Part shown: in pieces, positions 21,300 to 31,793 of the stretch
How positions within the stretch are numbered: the first letter of the stretch is position 1
How the letters are laid out: every line of letters begins with the position of its first letter
Assembly: GCA_047284725.1 (NCBI GenBank)
Contig: JBJBEO010000001.1
Coordinates: 1,112,203 to 1,176,202 of the forward strand
Direction of reading: 5' to 3'
DNA: 64,000 bases
Source of the DNA: Synechococcus sp.
GTDB lineage: Bacteria; Cyanobacteriota; Cyanobacteriia; PCC-6307; Cyanobiaceae
The notes under the pieces: model-generated
The model's database searches: none
Seen by the model: only the letters and a program-made list of their open reading frames with translations
What the model was told of the DNA's origin: nothing
Position numbers and translations under genes: made by a program

Positions 21300-22084
21300 A
21301 CCGAAGGCGTGGGATGCCTGCAGGCCAGCTGTTGCAGATTGTCCAGGGCTTGCCTGAGTTCAGCGCGGATGACCCTGCTGTTGATACCAGCGCTGACGCT
21401 GATCTGACGAAGGCTTTCGCCATGGATGTGATGGCGGATCAGCCATTGACGCGTTTGGTCGGGGAGTTGCTGCAGAGCCTGAAGAAGCCAATCTCTGGCC
21501 CCATCGTCGCCACCGTCATCCCTGCCATCCCTGAGCTGATCGAGCAGGCAGCCGTCTGAGGCATCACTGCTGCTGTCGCGATGCATCGGTTGGTGAAGGC
21601 TGATCAGCCGTTGTTGATCGTTCGCGGTGCAGGCCTCCTGCCAGCGTTGACGTGTCACTCCGAGGGCCTGCGCCAGACGGTCCGGTGACAGCAGCGGCAA
21701 TTGCTGGTGTTGCCGCTGCTGTTGCAGTCGCATTCCTTTGGCATGGAGGGACGCAAGCCTCCAGGGGATATGCAGCATCGCCTCGCGGTCCCTGCGGTAA
21801 TGAAGGATCTGACCTTGAGCCATGGCCACGCCGTAGCTGCTGAAGCGATGGCCACGGGAAGGTTCAAACCCGCTGACGGCTTTGATCAGGCCCAGACTGG
21901 CCTCCTGAAGCAAATCATCGAGAGCTCCGGTGCCCCGCGCCGACTGACGCTGGGCTGAGAGATGGGCGAGGCCGTAGTGCTGAAGCACCATGGCATTGCG
22001 GTGCGTGATGGTGGGTGCGAGTCCCCGTCGCTGCTCGCGGCGGATGCGCCGCTGTTGGCGTTGGGCGTCTGACAGAGAAGACAT
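21284..22084 (-). CDS. alternative sigma-70 factor (SigF-like)
   Basis: DDLLQEASLGLIKAV, FSSYG, ILHYRRD; region-4 HTH. Confidence 0.85.
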   Translation of the reverse strand: MSSLSDAQRQQRRIRREQRRGLAPTITHRNAMVLQHYGLAHLSAQRQSARGTGALDDLLQEASLGLIKAVSGFEPSRGHRFSSYGVAMAQGQILHYRRDREAMLHIPWRLASLHAKGMRLQQQRQHQQLPLLSPDRLAQALGVTRQRWQEACTANDQQRLISLHQPMHRDSSSDASDGCLLDQLRDGRDDGGDDGARDWLLQALQQLPDQTRQWLIRHHIHGESLRQISVSAGINSRVIRAELRQALDNLQQLACRHPTPSVQSTS

Positions 22085-22248
22085 GGAAGGTGAAACCACT
22101 GCCTTCACGCTCTGTCCGATCTCATCGACGGCCCTCCCCCGCTGGGAGGTTCCTGTTCATGCCTGAGAGGGAAGACAGCGCGTCGGCCGTGAGCCCGAAG
22201 GGATGGCTGTGCGGGTGTTGAAGCGTTCTGCCGGTGTCTTCTGCCGCT

Positions 22249-22503
22249 TCAGGAGGGGCTGCCAGGGAGAAATTCCTGCTTCAGCGCGGCGATCAGTTCG
22301 AGGCATGAACGCATCGGCATGCCGTTGTCGAGGCTGGGTTGGAGCTCCGACTCCAGCGCTTGAATCACGTCATCGGCGCGTTCACCGCGTTTGATCAGCT
22401 CCCTCACCGCGAGGATGGCCGCCTCTTCGGTGAAGCCCAGGAGATAGTCCTTGAGTTGGCTTGTGGAGGCCTGGGCAATGATGGCTGCGGTGGGGTTCGG
22501 CAC
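22249..22503 (-). CDS. small hypothetical protein
   Basis: helical 84-aa ORF in gap; start uncertain. Confidence 0.5.
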   Translation of the reverse strand: MPNPTAAIIAQASTSQLKDYLLGFTEEAAILAVRELIKRGERADDVIQALESELQPSLDNGMPMRSCLELIAALKQEFLPGSPS

Positions 22504-22548
22504 AGATGCAGTGCTGAATGTCTGACTTTACGAAGGCTGATTCCGCCC

Positions 22549-23226
22549 TCAATTGGATCGCGGTGTGCGTTGCGGTTGCGCTTCCAGACCGGCCCAATCC
22601 CGCAAGGCTGGCCACTGCATCAGACGTTGGTGAATCCAATGATGCCCCCCTGCATTGAGATGGATGCCATCGGGTTCCACCCAGCCCAGCCAGCCCGGCT
22701 GCTGCTGCATGGCCTGATGCAGCGGCAGGAAGGGCACGTCTGCGTCCAGACAGGCTTCTTCGAGCAGGGCTTCGTAGATCGCGATGGAGGCGTTGTCATA
22801 CCAGAGGCACTCCGCAAACGGCATCGACTGTTCGTCGACCGCGGTGAGACCGACCACCATCACCTGTGTGCGCAGCTGCATCGCACGAATCAGTTGCTCC
22901 GCACCGAAGCGATAGGCATCGACGGAGAGCTGCGGCCGTCCATCGACTCGGCCCACCCGGGCGGTGTCATTCAGACCCACCGCCAGCACCAGGCCTGCGG
23001 GGACCTGGCGTCGCAGCTCGCCGCGACACCCCCATTCCTGTTCCCAGCGTTTGGACACGTTCTCGAGGCCATCGCCCCGGACCCCCAGGCTGTACACAAC
23101 GGGTGCATCCGGGGTCTGCATCCAGGTGCGCCGCAGTCGTTCGCACCAGCCACCGCCATCGCGATCGCCCCATCCATACACGCCGCTATCGCCGACCACC
23201 GTGAGCTGGCGAGGTGCTGATGCCAT
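22549..23226 (-). CDS. GDSL/SGNH lipase-esterase
   Basis: GDSG, GLND, DGIH. Confidence 0.9.
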   Translation of the reverse strand: MASAPRQLTVVGDSGVYGWGDRDGGGWCERLRRTWMQTPDAPVVYSLGVRGDGLENVSKRWEQEWGCRGELRRQVPAGLVLAVGLNDTARVGRVDGRPQLSVDAYRFGAEQLIRAMQLRTQVMVVGLTAVDEQSMPFAECLWYDNASIAIYEALLEEACLDADVPFLPLHQAMQQQPGWLGWVEPDGIHLNAGGHHWIHQRLMQWPALRDWAGLEAQPQRTPRSN

Positions 23227-23260
23227 CAATGAACACTGCGTTGCTGCCAACTCTGCAGGA

Positions 23261-24814
23261 TCAGGACGGAGCGGAGTCACCGAGCGTTCGCAACCACCGT
23301 TGTCTGAGCCCATCACTGATCGCTTCACCCACCAGGGTGAGCACGGAGAAACAGACGATCAACAGCAGCACAGCTGCCCAGTGAAAGGAACTCAGCGACT
23401 CAATCAGCATCCACCCCAGTCCTGTGCCCCCCACCAGCCCCACCACAACGGTTTCCCGCAGGATCACATCCGTGCGATAGGCCCCATAGGCCAGGTGGGA
23501 ACGGCTCTGCGGACTCAGCGCTCCCACCAGCCAGGCCTGCCTGACCCCTGCCCCTGTGGCTTGGATCGCCCTGAGGGGTTGCTGGCTCTGCTGGTCCAAG
23601 CCTTCGTTGAGCAGCCTTCCCATCACCCCGGCGTTCTGAAGTCCGAGGGCCAGGGCTGCCAGCGCCAGGCTCGGCACATTGGCCAGCAGCAGCATCAGCA
23701 GTGTCAGGGGTGGTGGAAGCACTCTGATCAAGGTCCAGGCGGCCAGCAGCAGCTGTCTGGCGATTCCATCGGGCAACAGAAGCAGGCAAAGCGGAGGCAG
23801 GCCAATGGCGATGCCCGCCGCCAGGAGGGTGAGCTCCAGGGTCTGTTGCAACAGCATCAGCCAGGGCAATTCCAGTGCCGCCGCCTGGATGGCGCTGAGA
23901 TCGGGCCAAGGGGGAAGCATCCATTGCAGCGGCATGGCGCTGTCTCCCAGCAGTTGGTTCAGCCAGTGACCACCCATCAGGAAGGCCATCACCACCAGGC
24001 TCATCCCCATCACACCACCCCAGGGCGTGGGCCGGCGCCGTTGCTGTCGACGCCACAACGCCAACACCTGCTCCAAACCGACACTGAGGCCAATCAGCAG
24101 CCAGAGGCCCGTCCAGAATTCGTTGAAGCGCAGGGATTGCAAGGTGAGTTGCAGTTCGGTGCCGATGCCGCCGAGGCCGAACACCCCGAGCAGGGTGGCG
24201 CTGCGCAGCGCGCATTCCAGCCGGTACCCTCCGTAGCTCATCAGGATCGGCTGCAGGGGAGGCCCCAGGCTGGTCAGTAACGCTTCAGGTGCTGAGGCTC
24301 CACCCGTCAGCAAGGCCTTCAGAGGACGACGATCCAGGCTGTCGAGCTGATCGCGGATGACGCGCCCCACAAGCGCGGAATACGGGATGGTGATGGCGGC
24401 GACGGCCACCCAGGGGTGGAGGCCCACCACCTGCAGTAACAGCAGTCCCCAGAGCAATTCATGGACGGCTCTCGGCAGGGCGAAAAGCTTGCGCAAGCAG
24501 CCTGCTGGCCAGGTGGGCAGGCGGTAGCTCCACCACAGCACGTCACTGCTGACGATTCCCACGATCAGGCCCAGGAGCGTGCTGAGCCCCCATCCCACCA
24601 GTGCTGTTGCCAGGGTGACCTGGAGGCCCTGGCGAAGCGACTGAAGCAGGAATGGATCGCTGCTGGGCTGCACGGCAGCTGTGAGGAATTGGCCCCAACT
24701 CTCCAGCCCTCCGCTATGAAGTCCTGACGCGACAATCCACAGCACTGGCACAAGAGCCAGGCCAGGCAGCAAGCACAACAGAGCAGGACTGGGACGCAGC
24801 CAACGCCGCTTCAT
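23261..24814 (-). CDS. phnE: phosphonate/phosphite-type ABC permease (duplicated PhnE domains)
   Basis: two repeats of YRxExxLR..GxxGxGG; in operon with phnC/phnD-like genes. Confidence 0.85.
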   Translation of the reverse strand: MKRRWLRPSPALLCLLPGLALVPVLWIVASGLHSGGLESWGQFLTAAVQPSSDPFLLQSLRQGLQVTLATALVGWGLSTLLGLIVGIVSSDVLWWSYRLPTWPAGCLRKLFALPRAVHELLWGLLLLQVVGLHPWVAVAAITIPYSALVGRVIRDQLDSLDRRPLKALLTGGASAPEALLTSLGPPLQPILMSYGGYRLECALRSATLLGVFGLGGIGTELQLTLQSLRFNEFWTGLWLLIGLSVGLEQVLALWRRQQRRRPTPWGGVMGMSLVVMAFLMGGHWLNQLLGDSAMPLQWMLPPWPDLSAIQAAALELPWLMLLQQTLELTLLAAGIAIGLPPLCLLLLPDGIARQLLLAAWTLIRVLPPPLTLLMLLLANVPSLALAALALGLQNAGVMGRLLNEGLDQQSQQPLRAIQATGAGVRQAWLVGALSPQSRSHLAYGAYRTDVILRETVVVGLVGGTGLGWMLIESLSSFHWAAVLLLIVCFSVLTLVGEAISDGLRQRWLRTLGDSAPS

Positions 24815-25587
24815 TGCACAGACTCAGGACGGGTTGGACCAGGACGTCGTTGATACAGCTCCGTGAGTTGTTCCTGGGTGACGTCGGCCGCCGATGTGTC
24901 GAGGACAACCTCGCCTTGTCTCAGGCCAATCACCCGGTCGAAACGATGAATCAGGTCGGGTCGATGCAGGCAGATCACCGTGCATCGGGGCAGTGGGTCT
25001 GCCGGGCTGGACGGGCACTGGCGCAACAGCGTATTCAGCAGCTCGTCCACCAGGGCAGGATCCAGGCTGGAGAGAGGTTCATCCGCCAGCACCAGTTCGG
25101 GTTGCTGCCGGAACAGTCGGGCCAGGGCGACCCGCTGTCGCTGCCCCCCTGATAACGCTGAAACGGGACGATCAACCAGCTCTGGCGCCAGTCCCGCCTG
25201 GTGAAGGCAGTCCACACAGGCGGATTGCTCCAGGGGAAACAGCAGATTGGCCAAGGCCCACCCCAGGGATCGACGGCCCAGGGCTCCGCAATTCACGTTC
25301 TGTGCCACCGTCAGTTCCTCCACCAGGTGCAGGTCCTGCCAGAGGGTGCCGATCCTGCGTCGGTCGCGTCTGGAGCGTTTCACCAGGGGTGTGCCCCGCC
25401 ACGACACCTGGCCGGAACTGGGCTTGATGCTGCCGTTGGCCACGGCCAGCAGGCTGCTTTTGCCAGCGCCGCTCGGGCCGAGCAGCGCCACCGTCTCTCC
25501 GGCCTTGAGCCTGATGGAGACCTGCATCAGGCGAGGGCCATTGCGACCGAGCAAGCCAACGTTGTCGAGCTCGAGCAGCGTGCTCAC
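24811..25587 (-). CDS. phnC: phosphonate-type ABC ATP-binding protein
   Basis: GPSGAGKS, LSGGQ, LADEP. Confidence 0.85.
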   Translation of the reverse strand: MSTLLELDNVGLLGRNGPRLMQVSIRLKAGETVALLGPSGAGKSSLLAVANGSIKPSSGQVSWRGTPLVKRSRRDRRRIGTLWQDLHLVEELTVAQNVNCGALGRRSLGWALANLLFPLEQSACVDCLHQAGLAPELVDRPVSALSGGQRQRVALARLFRQQPELVLADEPLSSLDPALVDELLNTLLRQCPSSPADPLPRCTVICLHRPDLIHRFDRVIGLRQGEVVLDTSAADVTQEQLTELYQRRPGPTRPESVQ

Positions 25588-26483
25588 CGGATCTTGCCCA
25601 GCTTCCTCCCCACGGACTCGATCGATTCGTACTGCGACGCAGTTGCAGGAATGAAGGCCTTGGCTGCAAACAGATTCAGGATCGTTTTGCCATTGGTGGT
25701 GGTGGGCTTGATCCCCAGAATCGCTTTCTGAAGCCTGGTGGTGAAGCCGGTTCCAAACCGTTTGTCGAGCCCTGGACGGGCCACCCAGTGGTAATCCACG
25801 TAGGTGGGAGTCCGCCAGATCACCCGCACTTTGCTGGGATTCACCGCACCCGACTGGACCGCACTGGTCCACACCTGTTCATTCAGCGCGCCTGCCTGGT
25901 AAGAACCGCTCTTCACGAGCGCAATGGTGGCGTCGTGACTGCCACTGAAGCCAGGCCTGCCTCCAGAGAAATCGGCCGGGGTGAGGCCTGCCTTCTGGAG
26001 GAAATACTGCGGCATCAACCGCCCTGACGTTGAACTCTCGGAGCCGAATGTGAAGCGGCTTCCCTTCAGTGCTTTGAGCCCCGGAAGGCTGCTGATCGGT
26101 TGCAGACCCGACTGGGGGTTGGCAATGAAAACGGAGCGGAATTTCGCATCGATATCCCGTTGCGCCAGCACCGTCGCCCCAGGGGTTTGCAGGCGTGCCT
26201 GCACGCCGGTCAATCCACCGAACCAGACCAGGTCAAGGCCGCCGGTCCGGAAGGCACTGACCGCAGCCGGGTAGTTGCTGACCGGCACATAGCGCACAGG
26301 AACCTGCAGCGTTCGGCTCAGGTCCTTGGCCAACAGTCCATAGAGGCGGTTCAATTTCTCCGGGTTCTGATCAGGGATTGCCCCAATGCGCAGTGCCTCA
26401 ACGGCCCAAGTCGGCAAGGCCGTCGTCGTCAGACTGCAGAGCAGGGCCAGGCAGACGACGGCCCGATGTTCTCGTGCTGGCAT
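25584..26483 (-). CDS. phnD: PhnD-family substrate-binding protein
   Basis: GAIPDQ, WFGGLTG, STSGRLMP, GSHD. Confidence 0.85.
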   Translation of the reverse strand: MPAREHRAVVCLALLCSLTTTALPTWAVEALRIGAIPDQNPEKLNRLYGLLAKDLSRTLQVPVRYVPVSNYPAAVSAFRTGGLDLVWFGGLTGVQARLQTPGATVLAQRDIDAKFRSVFIANPQSGLQPISSLPGLKALKGSRFTFGSESSTSGRLMPQYFLQKAGLTPADFSGGRPGFSGSHDATIALVKSGSYQAGALNEQVWTSAVQSGAVNPSKVRVIWRTPTYVDYHWVARPGLDKRFGTGFTTRLQKAILGIKPTTTNGKTILNLFAAKAFIPATASQYESIESVGRKLGKIR

Positions 26484-26513
26484 GAATGGTGGGGAATGCG
26501 TTGAAGTGGGTGA

Positions 26514-27695
26514 CTAGGTCTGGTTGGCGATCAGGCGCTTCATCCTGCTGAGACCCTCCACGATCGTCTCATGCGACACGGCGCAAGAAAGTCGCACGCA
26601 GCGGTCGTTGCCGAAGGCCGCACCGGGCACCAACGCCAGGCCCTCCTGTTCCAGGGCTGTCTCGCAGAAGCTGAGGGAGTCGCTGCAATGGTCTGGGAGC
26701 TGAGGGAAGGCGTAGAAAGCGCCCCGAGGAACGGCGAGGGTGAGACCGTCCATGGCCTGGAGCCCCTCCACCAGCAGGCGCCGGCGGCGGTTGTAGCTGG
26801 CTGCCATGGCGGTGACGCAGTCGTGGGGACCGCGTAACGCGGCCAGGGCACCCCGCTGGGCAAAACTGCATACATTGCTGGTGCTCTGACTCTGGAGTGC
26901 AGCTGCGGCTTTGATCACCTCTGAGCGTCCAGCGAGATATCCGAGGCGCCAACCAGTCATCGCCCAGCCTTTGGCGAATCCATTCACCACAAAGGTGCGA
27001 TCGGCCAGGTCCGGCGCCACGGAGGCAAAGCTGTGGTGGGTTTCCCCCTCCTCAAGCAGATATTCGTAGATCTCATCGCTCATCACGAGGAGCTGGGGGT
27101 GGCGACGCACAAGTTCAGCCACGGCCTCCAGTTCCTCCCGGTCGCTGACCCGACCTGTGGGGTTGCTGGGGGTATTGATCACCAGCAGTTTCGTCTGCGG
27201 CGTGATCGCTGCTTCCAGCGCCTGCAGGTCGAGCTTGAAGCCCTGCTCGGCCGAGGAGGAAATCACAACGGGTTCCGCTCCTGCCAGCTTGGCCATCTCC
27301 GGATAACTCAGCCAGTAGGGCGCAGGGATCAGCACCTGATCTCCTGGATTCAGCACGACCTGGAACAGGTTGAAGATGGCCTGCTTGCCACCGTTGGTGA
27401 CCAGGACGTTGTCGGCCTTGGAGGCAATGCCGTTGTGGCGCGTCAGTTTGTCGGCGATGGCGTGCCGCAATTCCGGATCGCCCGCGGCGGGGCCGTAGCG
27501 GGTGATGCCGTCATGCAACGCCTTGATGGCTGCTTCGGTAATGAAGTCAGGCGTGTTGAAGTCAGGTTCCCCGGCCGACATGCTGCAGATGTCGCGGCCT
27601 TCCTGCTGCAGCGCTTTGGCACGTGCGCTGATGGCCAGGGTGAGGGAGGGTTTGAGGGCGACAGCCCGTTGAGAGAGCAGGGACGGGCTGGACAT
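26514..27695 (-). CDS. aspC: aspartate aminotransferase (class I PLP)
   Basis: GEPDF, NPTG, SDEIY, AKGWAMTGWRLG. Confidence 0.92.
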   Translation of the reverse strand: MSSPSLLSQRAVALKPSLTLAISARAKALQQEGRDICSMSAGEPDFNTPDFITEAAIKALHDGITRYGPAAGDPELRHAIADKLTRHNGIASKADNVLVTNGGKQAIFNLFQVVLNPGDQVLIPAPYWLSYPEMAKLAGAEPVVISSSAEQGFKLDLQALEAAITPQTKLLVINTPSNPTGRVSDREELEAVAELVRRHPQLLVMSDEIYEYLLEEGETHHSFASVAPDLADRTFVVNGFAKGWAMTGWRLGYLAGRSEVIKAAAALQSQSTSNVCSFAQRGALAALRGPHDCVTAMAASYNRRRRLLVEGLQAMDGLTLAVPRGAFYAFPQLPDHCSDSLSFCETALEQEGLALVPGAAFGNDRCVRLSCAVSHETIVEGLSRMKRLIANQT

Positions 27696-27805
27696 CAAGG
27701 CGGCACCCCTCCAGCGGGTGCGCAGGTAGCCACCATCCTGCCTGATCTGCTGCCGCCGGCCAGGAGGTTTGGGCCAACATCAGTCGACATTCACGAATCT
27801 GTTGC

Positions 27806-28207
27806 ATGGCTGGCTTGGAACCCCTCGAGCGGCAGCTGAGTTGGGTGCTTGCCTCGTCTGATCCAGAGCGGATGGCCCTGTTTTATGCCGCTCTGCTGGA
27901 GGTGAACCCGCGGCCGGGATTCTCGTCTGCCCATTGGCTGGTCACCACGGCCGCCGGCGTTGATCTGCAGTTCTACCGACCGTCTCGGCAGCGTCGATTG
28001 GCCGCTCAGGGCAGGGCCTGGTCGCCCTGTTTCTGCCAACGGTCGGAGCAGGATCCGCTGCAGCACCTTGAGCACTGGTGTGAACGGGCTTGCCACCGGG
28101 GCGCGCAGCGACTGGATCCTCCCCGCCTCGAGCCGTTCGGGGCTGAATGCTGGCTGAAGGATCCTGATGGCAATGATTTTCTGTTGTTGGTGACGCCCAC
28201 GTCGTGA
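27806..28207 (+). CDS. VOC/glyoxalase family protein
   Basis: FYAALL, FGAECWLKDPDGN. Confidence 0.8.
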   Translation: MAGLEPLERQLSWVLASSDPERMALFYAALLEVNPRPGFSSAHWLVTTAAGVDLQFYRPSRQRRLAAQGRAWSPCFCQRSEQDPLQHLEHWCERACHRGAQRLDPPRLEPFGAECWLKDPDGNDFLLLVTPTS

Positions 28208-28219
28208 TCACACCATCGC

Positions 28220-28837
28220 TTGGAGCCCGTGTCTGATTCGCTGACGTTTGATGCCGCCTGGCTGGCCCGTTGCAGGGCCTGCCGCCACTGTGATCTCGCT
28301 TCCACACGACAGCATGTGGTGGTCAGCCGTGGCAATCCCGAGGCCAGGGTGATGGTGATCGGTGAAGCGCCCGGCGCCAGTGAGGATGCCCGTGGACTGC
28401 CGTTTGTCGGGCGTTCCGGTCAATTGCTGGATCAGTTGTTGCAGCTGGCGGGACTGGATCCTGCAGAGGATGTGTTTGTCACCAATGTGGTGAAGTGCCG
28501 GCCACCCAGCAACCGCAAGCCGACCGCCGTTGAACTCAGGTCTTGCCGCCCCTGGATCAATGACCAGATCGCCTGGGTCAACCCCGCTGTGGTGATTCTT
28601 GTGGGCGCTACAGCGGTCGCCGCCATGTTGAACAGCAAGCAGGCCATGCGTGGTTTGCGGGGGCGATGGATTCGTCGCGATGACCGGCTGTGGATGCCGA
28701 TCTTCCACCCGTCCTATCTGCTGCGCAATCCATCGCGCGAACCAGGCAAGCCAGTGTCCCTGACGGTTGCTGATCTCCGTCAGGTGCAGGAGTGGTTATG
28801 TCAGGGTGAACCTGCATCCGGTGCGCCGAACCCTTGA
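28220..28837 (+). CDS. family 4 uracil-DNA glycosylase
   Basis: CxxC, GEAPG, KCRPP, HPSYLLR. Confidence 0.93.
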   Translation: MEPVSDSLTFDAAWLARCRACRHCDLASTRQHVVVSRGNPEARVMVIGEAPGASEDARGLPFVGRSGQLLDQLLQLAGLDPAEDVFVTNVVKCRPPSNRKPTAVELRSCRPWINDQIAWVNPAVVILVGATAVAAMLNSKQAMRGLRGRWIRRDDRLWMPIFHPSYLLRNPSREPGKPVSLTVADLRQVQEWLCQGEPASGAPNP

Positions 28838-30054
28838 CAGCCACTTCCGTCTCTGCCATCAACGCGCAGTCCCGGCGCTACGACACCCAGATCCATCGAC
28901 GCGTCACCCGGACGGTGATGGTGGGAGAGGTGCCGATCGGCAGTGAGCACCCGGTGGTGGTGCAGTCGATGATCAACGAGGACACCCTCGACATTGAGGC
29001 AGCCGTTGCTGGGATTCAGCGTCTGGCGGAGGCAGGTTGCGAAATCGTCAGGGTCACAACCCCCTCCATGGCCCACGCCAAAGCCATGGGAGAGATCCGA
29101 TCAGCCTTGCGTGCTCAGGGCTGCACGGTCCCGCTCGTGGCGGACGTTCACCACAACGGCATCCGTATCGCTCTTGAGGTGGCCAAGCATGTCGACAAGG
29201 TCCGCATCAATCCAGGGCTGTTTGTGTTTGACAAACCTGACCCCTCCCGGCAGGAGTTCAGCCAGGACGAATTTGAAGCCATTGGCCAGCGCATCAAGCA
29301 GGATTTTCTGCCTTTGGTGGAGTTGCTGAAGGCGCAGAACAAAGCGCTGCGCATTGGTGTGAATCATGGTTCTCTTGCGGAACGAATGCTCTTCACCCAC
29401 GGTGATACCCCCAAGGGGATGGTGGAATCCGCGATGGAATTCGTTCGCATCTGCGATGAACTCGACTTCCACAACATCATCATTTCGATGAAGGCTTCAA
29501 GGGCTCCTGTGATGCTTGCGGCCTATCGCCTGATGGCGGACACCCTCGATGCCGAAGGGTTCAACTATCCGCTTCACCTCGGTGTGACTGAGGCGGGTGA
29601 TGGTGATTACGGCCGCGTCAAGAGCACTGCAGGCATCGCCACCCTGCTGGCTGAAGGCCTGGGCGACACCATCCGTGTGTCTCTCACCGAAGCCCCTGAG
29701 AAAGAGATTCCTGTGTGCTTCTCGATTCTTCAGGCCCTTGGCCTGCGCAAAACCATGGTGGAGTATGTGGCCTGTCCAAGCTGCGGTCGCACTTTGTTTA
29801 ATCTCGAGGATGTGCTCAATCAGGTGCGTGACGCCACGTCGCATCTGACGGGTCTCGACATCGCCGTGATGGGATGCATTGTCAACGGCCCCGGTGAGAT
29901 GGCTGATGCTGACTACGGTTATGTCGGCAAAACCCCTGGGGTGATTTCCCTTTATCGCGGTCGTGATGAGATCCGTAAGGTGCCTGAACAGGAGGGGGTT
30001 GCCGCTCTGATTCAGTTGATCAAGGATGACGGGCGCTGGGTGGAACCGGCTTGA
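28834..30054 (+). CDS. ispG: HMBPP synthase
   Basis: [38 protein letters not shown]. Confidence 0.97.
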   Translation: MTATSVSAINAQSRRYDTQIHRRVTRTVMVGEVPIGSEHPVVVQSMINEDTLDIEAAVAGIQRLAEAGCEIVRVTTPSMAHAKAMGEIRSALRAQGCTVPLVADVHHNGIRIALEVAKHVDKVRINPGLFVFDKPDPSRQEFSQDEFEAIGQRIKQDFLPLVELLKAQNKALRIGVNHGSLAERMLFTHGDTPKGMVESAMEFVRICDELDFHNIIISMKASRAPVMLAAYRLMADTLDAEGFNYPLHLGVTEAGDGDYGRVKSTAGIATLLAEGLGDTIRVSLTEAPEKEIPVCFSILQALGLRKTMVEYVACPSCGRTLFNLEDVLNQVRDATSHLTGLDIAVMGCIVNGPGEMADADYGYVGKTPGVISLYRGRDEIRKVPEQEGVAALIQLIKDDGRWVEPA

Positions 30055-30091
30055 ACTCGTTAGGCTGAACAATCAGGCTTGCGTTAACGCC

Positions 30092-31444
30092 ATGCCAGCG
30101 CCACAACTCAATCGCTCCAATCGCTCTGCATGGTTTTGGGTTGTTGGGGCTGGTGGCATTTCAGCGGCTGTGGCCCTGTCATCACCCGGCCTCGGACTTC
30201 CCACGACTGGCTCCTCTTCGATCACCGACAGCCCGAAGGAGGTGATTGATCAGGTTTGGCAGATCGTTTATCGCGATTACCTCGATTCAACCGGTCAGTA
30301 CGACCCTCAGCAGTGGAAACGCCTCAGGCGCGAATTGCTGGCCAAACCCTATGCCGGAACCCCTGAATCGTACGAAGCGATCAGGGGCATGCTCGCAAGT
30401 CTTGAGGACCCATACACCCGTTTCCTGGATCCGAAAGAGTTCAAGGAAATGCAGATTGAGACCTCCGGTGAATTGATGGGGGTTGGCATCCAGATTTCCT
30501 TGGATAAGGAAACGAAGGAAATCGTTGTCGTTTCCCCGATCGAGGGCACACCAGCTTCCCGCGCTGGTGTGCAACCCAAGGATGTGATCGTTTCGATTGA
30601 TGGTCAGTCCACGAAGGGGATGACGACCGAGGATGCCGTCAAACTGATTCGCGGCAAGGAAGGCACCGACGTCACCCTTGGACTCAGGCGGAAAGGACAG
30701 GTGATTTCGATGCCCTTGACGCGGGCCCGGATTGAAATCAATTCGGTGGACAGTCAGCTGAATCGCACTCCCGGCGGCGAGAAGGTCGGTTACATCCGCC
30801 TCAAACAGTTCAATGCCAATGCAGCCAAGGAAATGCGGGCTGCCATCCGCAAACTGGAAGGCGAAGGGGTGATGGGTTATGTGCTCGATCTGCGCAGCAA
30901 CCCTGGTGGTCTGCTTGAGGCCAGTATTGACATTGCGCGTCAGTGGCTTGATGAGGGCACGATTGTCAGCACCAAAACCCGCAACGGCATTCAGGACGTG
31001 CGGAGAGCCACGGGTTCAGCGCTGACGCAACGGCCCGTGGTGGTGCTTGTGAATGAGGGTTCAGCCAGTGCCAGTGAAATTCTCTCGGGTGCTCTGCAAG
31101 ACAATGATCGGGCCCAGCTGGTGGGCAAGAAAACCTTTGGCAAAGGTCTCGTGCAGTCGGTTCGCGGGTTGGCGGATGGTTCTGGCCTCACCGTCACGAT
31201 TGCGAAGTATCTGACTCCCAACGGCACGGATATCCACCAAAACGGCATCAAGCCGGATGTGGCGGTGGAGATGAGCGAAGAAGAAATCAAGTCGCTCAGT
31301 GTTGAGGATCTGGGTACAAACAAAGACAGCCAGTACCGCACCGCGGAAACCACTCTGCTCAAAGCATTGAAGACCGCCAACCAACAGCAGACCTTTGTGC
31401 CTGGATCAACCAACCTCAGCAAGGCGTTCGCAGGAGCTGGCTGA
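30092..31444 (+). CDS. ctpA: C-terminal processing protease (S41, PDZ)
   Basis: DPYTRFL, DLRSNPGG, SASASEI, TFGKGLVQ. Confidence 0.92.
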   Translation: MPAPQLNRSNRSAWFWVVGAGGISAAVALSSPGLGLPTTGSSSITDSPKEVIDQVWQIVYRDYLDSTGQYDPQQWKRLRRELLAKPYAGTPESYEAIRGMLASLEDPYTRFLDPKEFKEMQIETSGELMGVGIQISLDKETKEIVVVSPIEGTPASRAGVQPKDVIVSIDGQSTKGMTTEDAVKLIRGKEGTDVTLGLRRKGQVISMPLTRARIEINSVDSQLNRTPGGEKVGYIRLKQFNANAAKEMRAAIRKLEGEGVMGYVLDLRSNPGGLLEASIDIARQWLDEGTIVSTKTRNGIQDVRRATGSALTQRPVVVLVNEGSASASEILSGALQDNDRAQLVGKKTFGKGLVQSVRGLADGSGLTVTIAKYLTPNGTDIHQNGIKPDVAVEMSEEEIKSLSVEDLGTNKDSQYRTAETTLLKALKTANQQQTFVPGSTNLSKAFAGAG

Positions 31445-31472
31445 CGTTCTTGGATCGAGACTCCTCTTGACA

Positions 31473-31508
31473 CAAAAAGCCCCAAGCGAGAGGCCGTCAC
31501 TTGGGGGC
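31473..31508 (-). terminator. intrinsic terminator
   Basis: AAAAAGCCCCAAG...CTTGGGGGC inverted repeat. Confidence 0.55.
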
Positions 31509-31535
31509 ATGGTTGATTTGAGCGCTGAGGTGGGC

Positions 31536-31697
31536 TCAGGAGATGGGCTGCATCAAGCCTCCACCAGGCGTTGAATCGTCATCATCATTTTCCGTGTCGT
31601 CTTGAACAAGAGCGAACACGCCGAGAGCGGCGGCACTGATCAGGCCTCCATACAGCCCAAACGGAACTGAATTGATGGGATCAATGAACTCACCCAA
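31536..31697 (-). CDS. 53-aa small membrane protein with acidic tail (not in ORF track)
   Basis: TTG start with GGAG upstream; MGEFIDPINSVPFGLYGGLISAAALGVFALVQDDTENDDDDSTPGGGLMQPIS. Confidence 0.7.
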   Translation of the reverse strand: MGEFIDPINSVPFGLYGGLISAAALGVFALVQDDTENDDDDSTPGGGLMQPIS

Positions 31698-31793
31698 GGC
31701 GTGTCTCCACAAGGCCCCCAGATTGTAACGAAGAATTGCGCTGTGTGTAGGAACCTTCTCATAGAAGTGTTCCCCTCTCGAGCGAGGGCCTGT

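Noticed and set aside
22964..24280. 438-aa Gln/His-rich plus-strand ORF
   Set aside because: Antisense shadow of Leu/Val-rich phnE.
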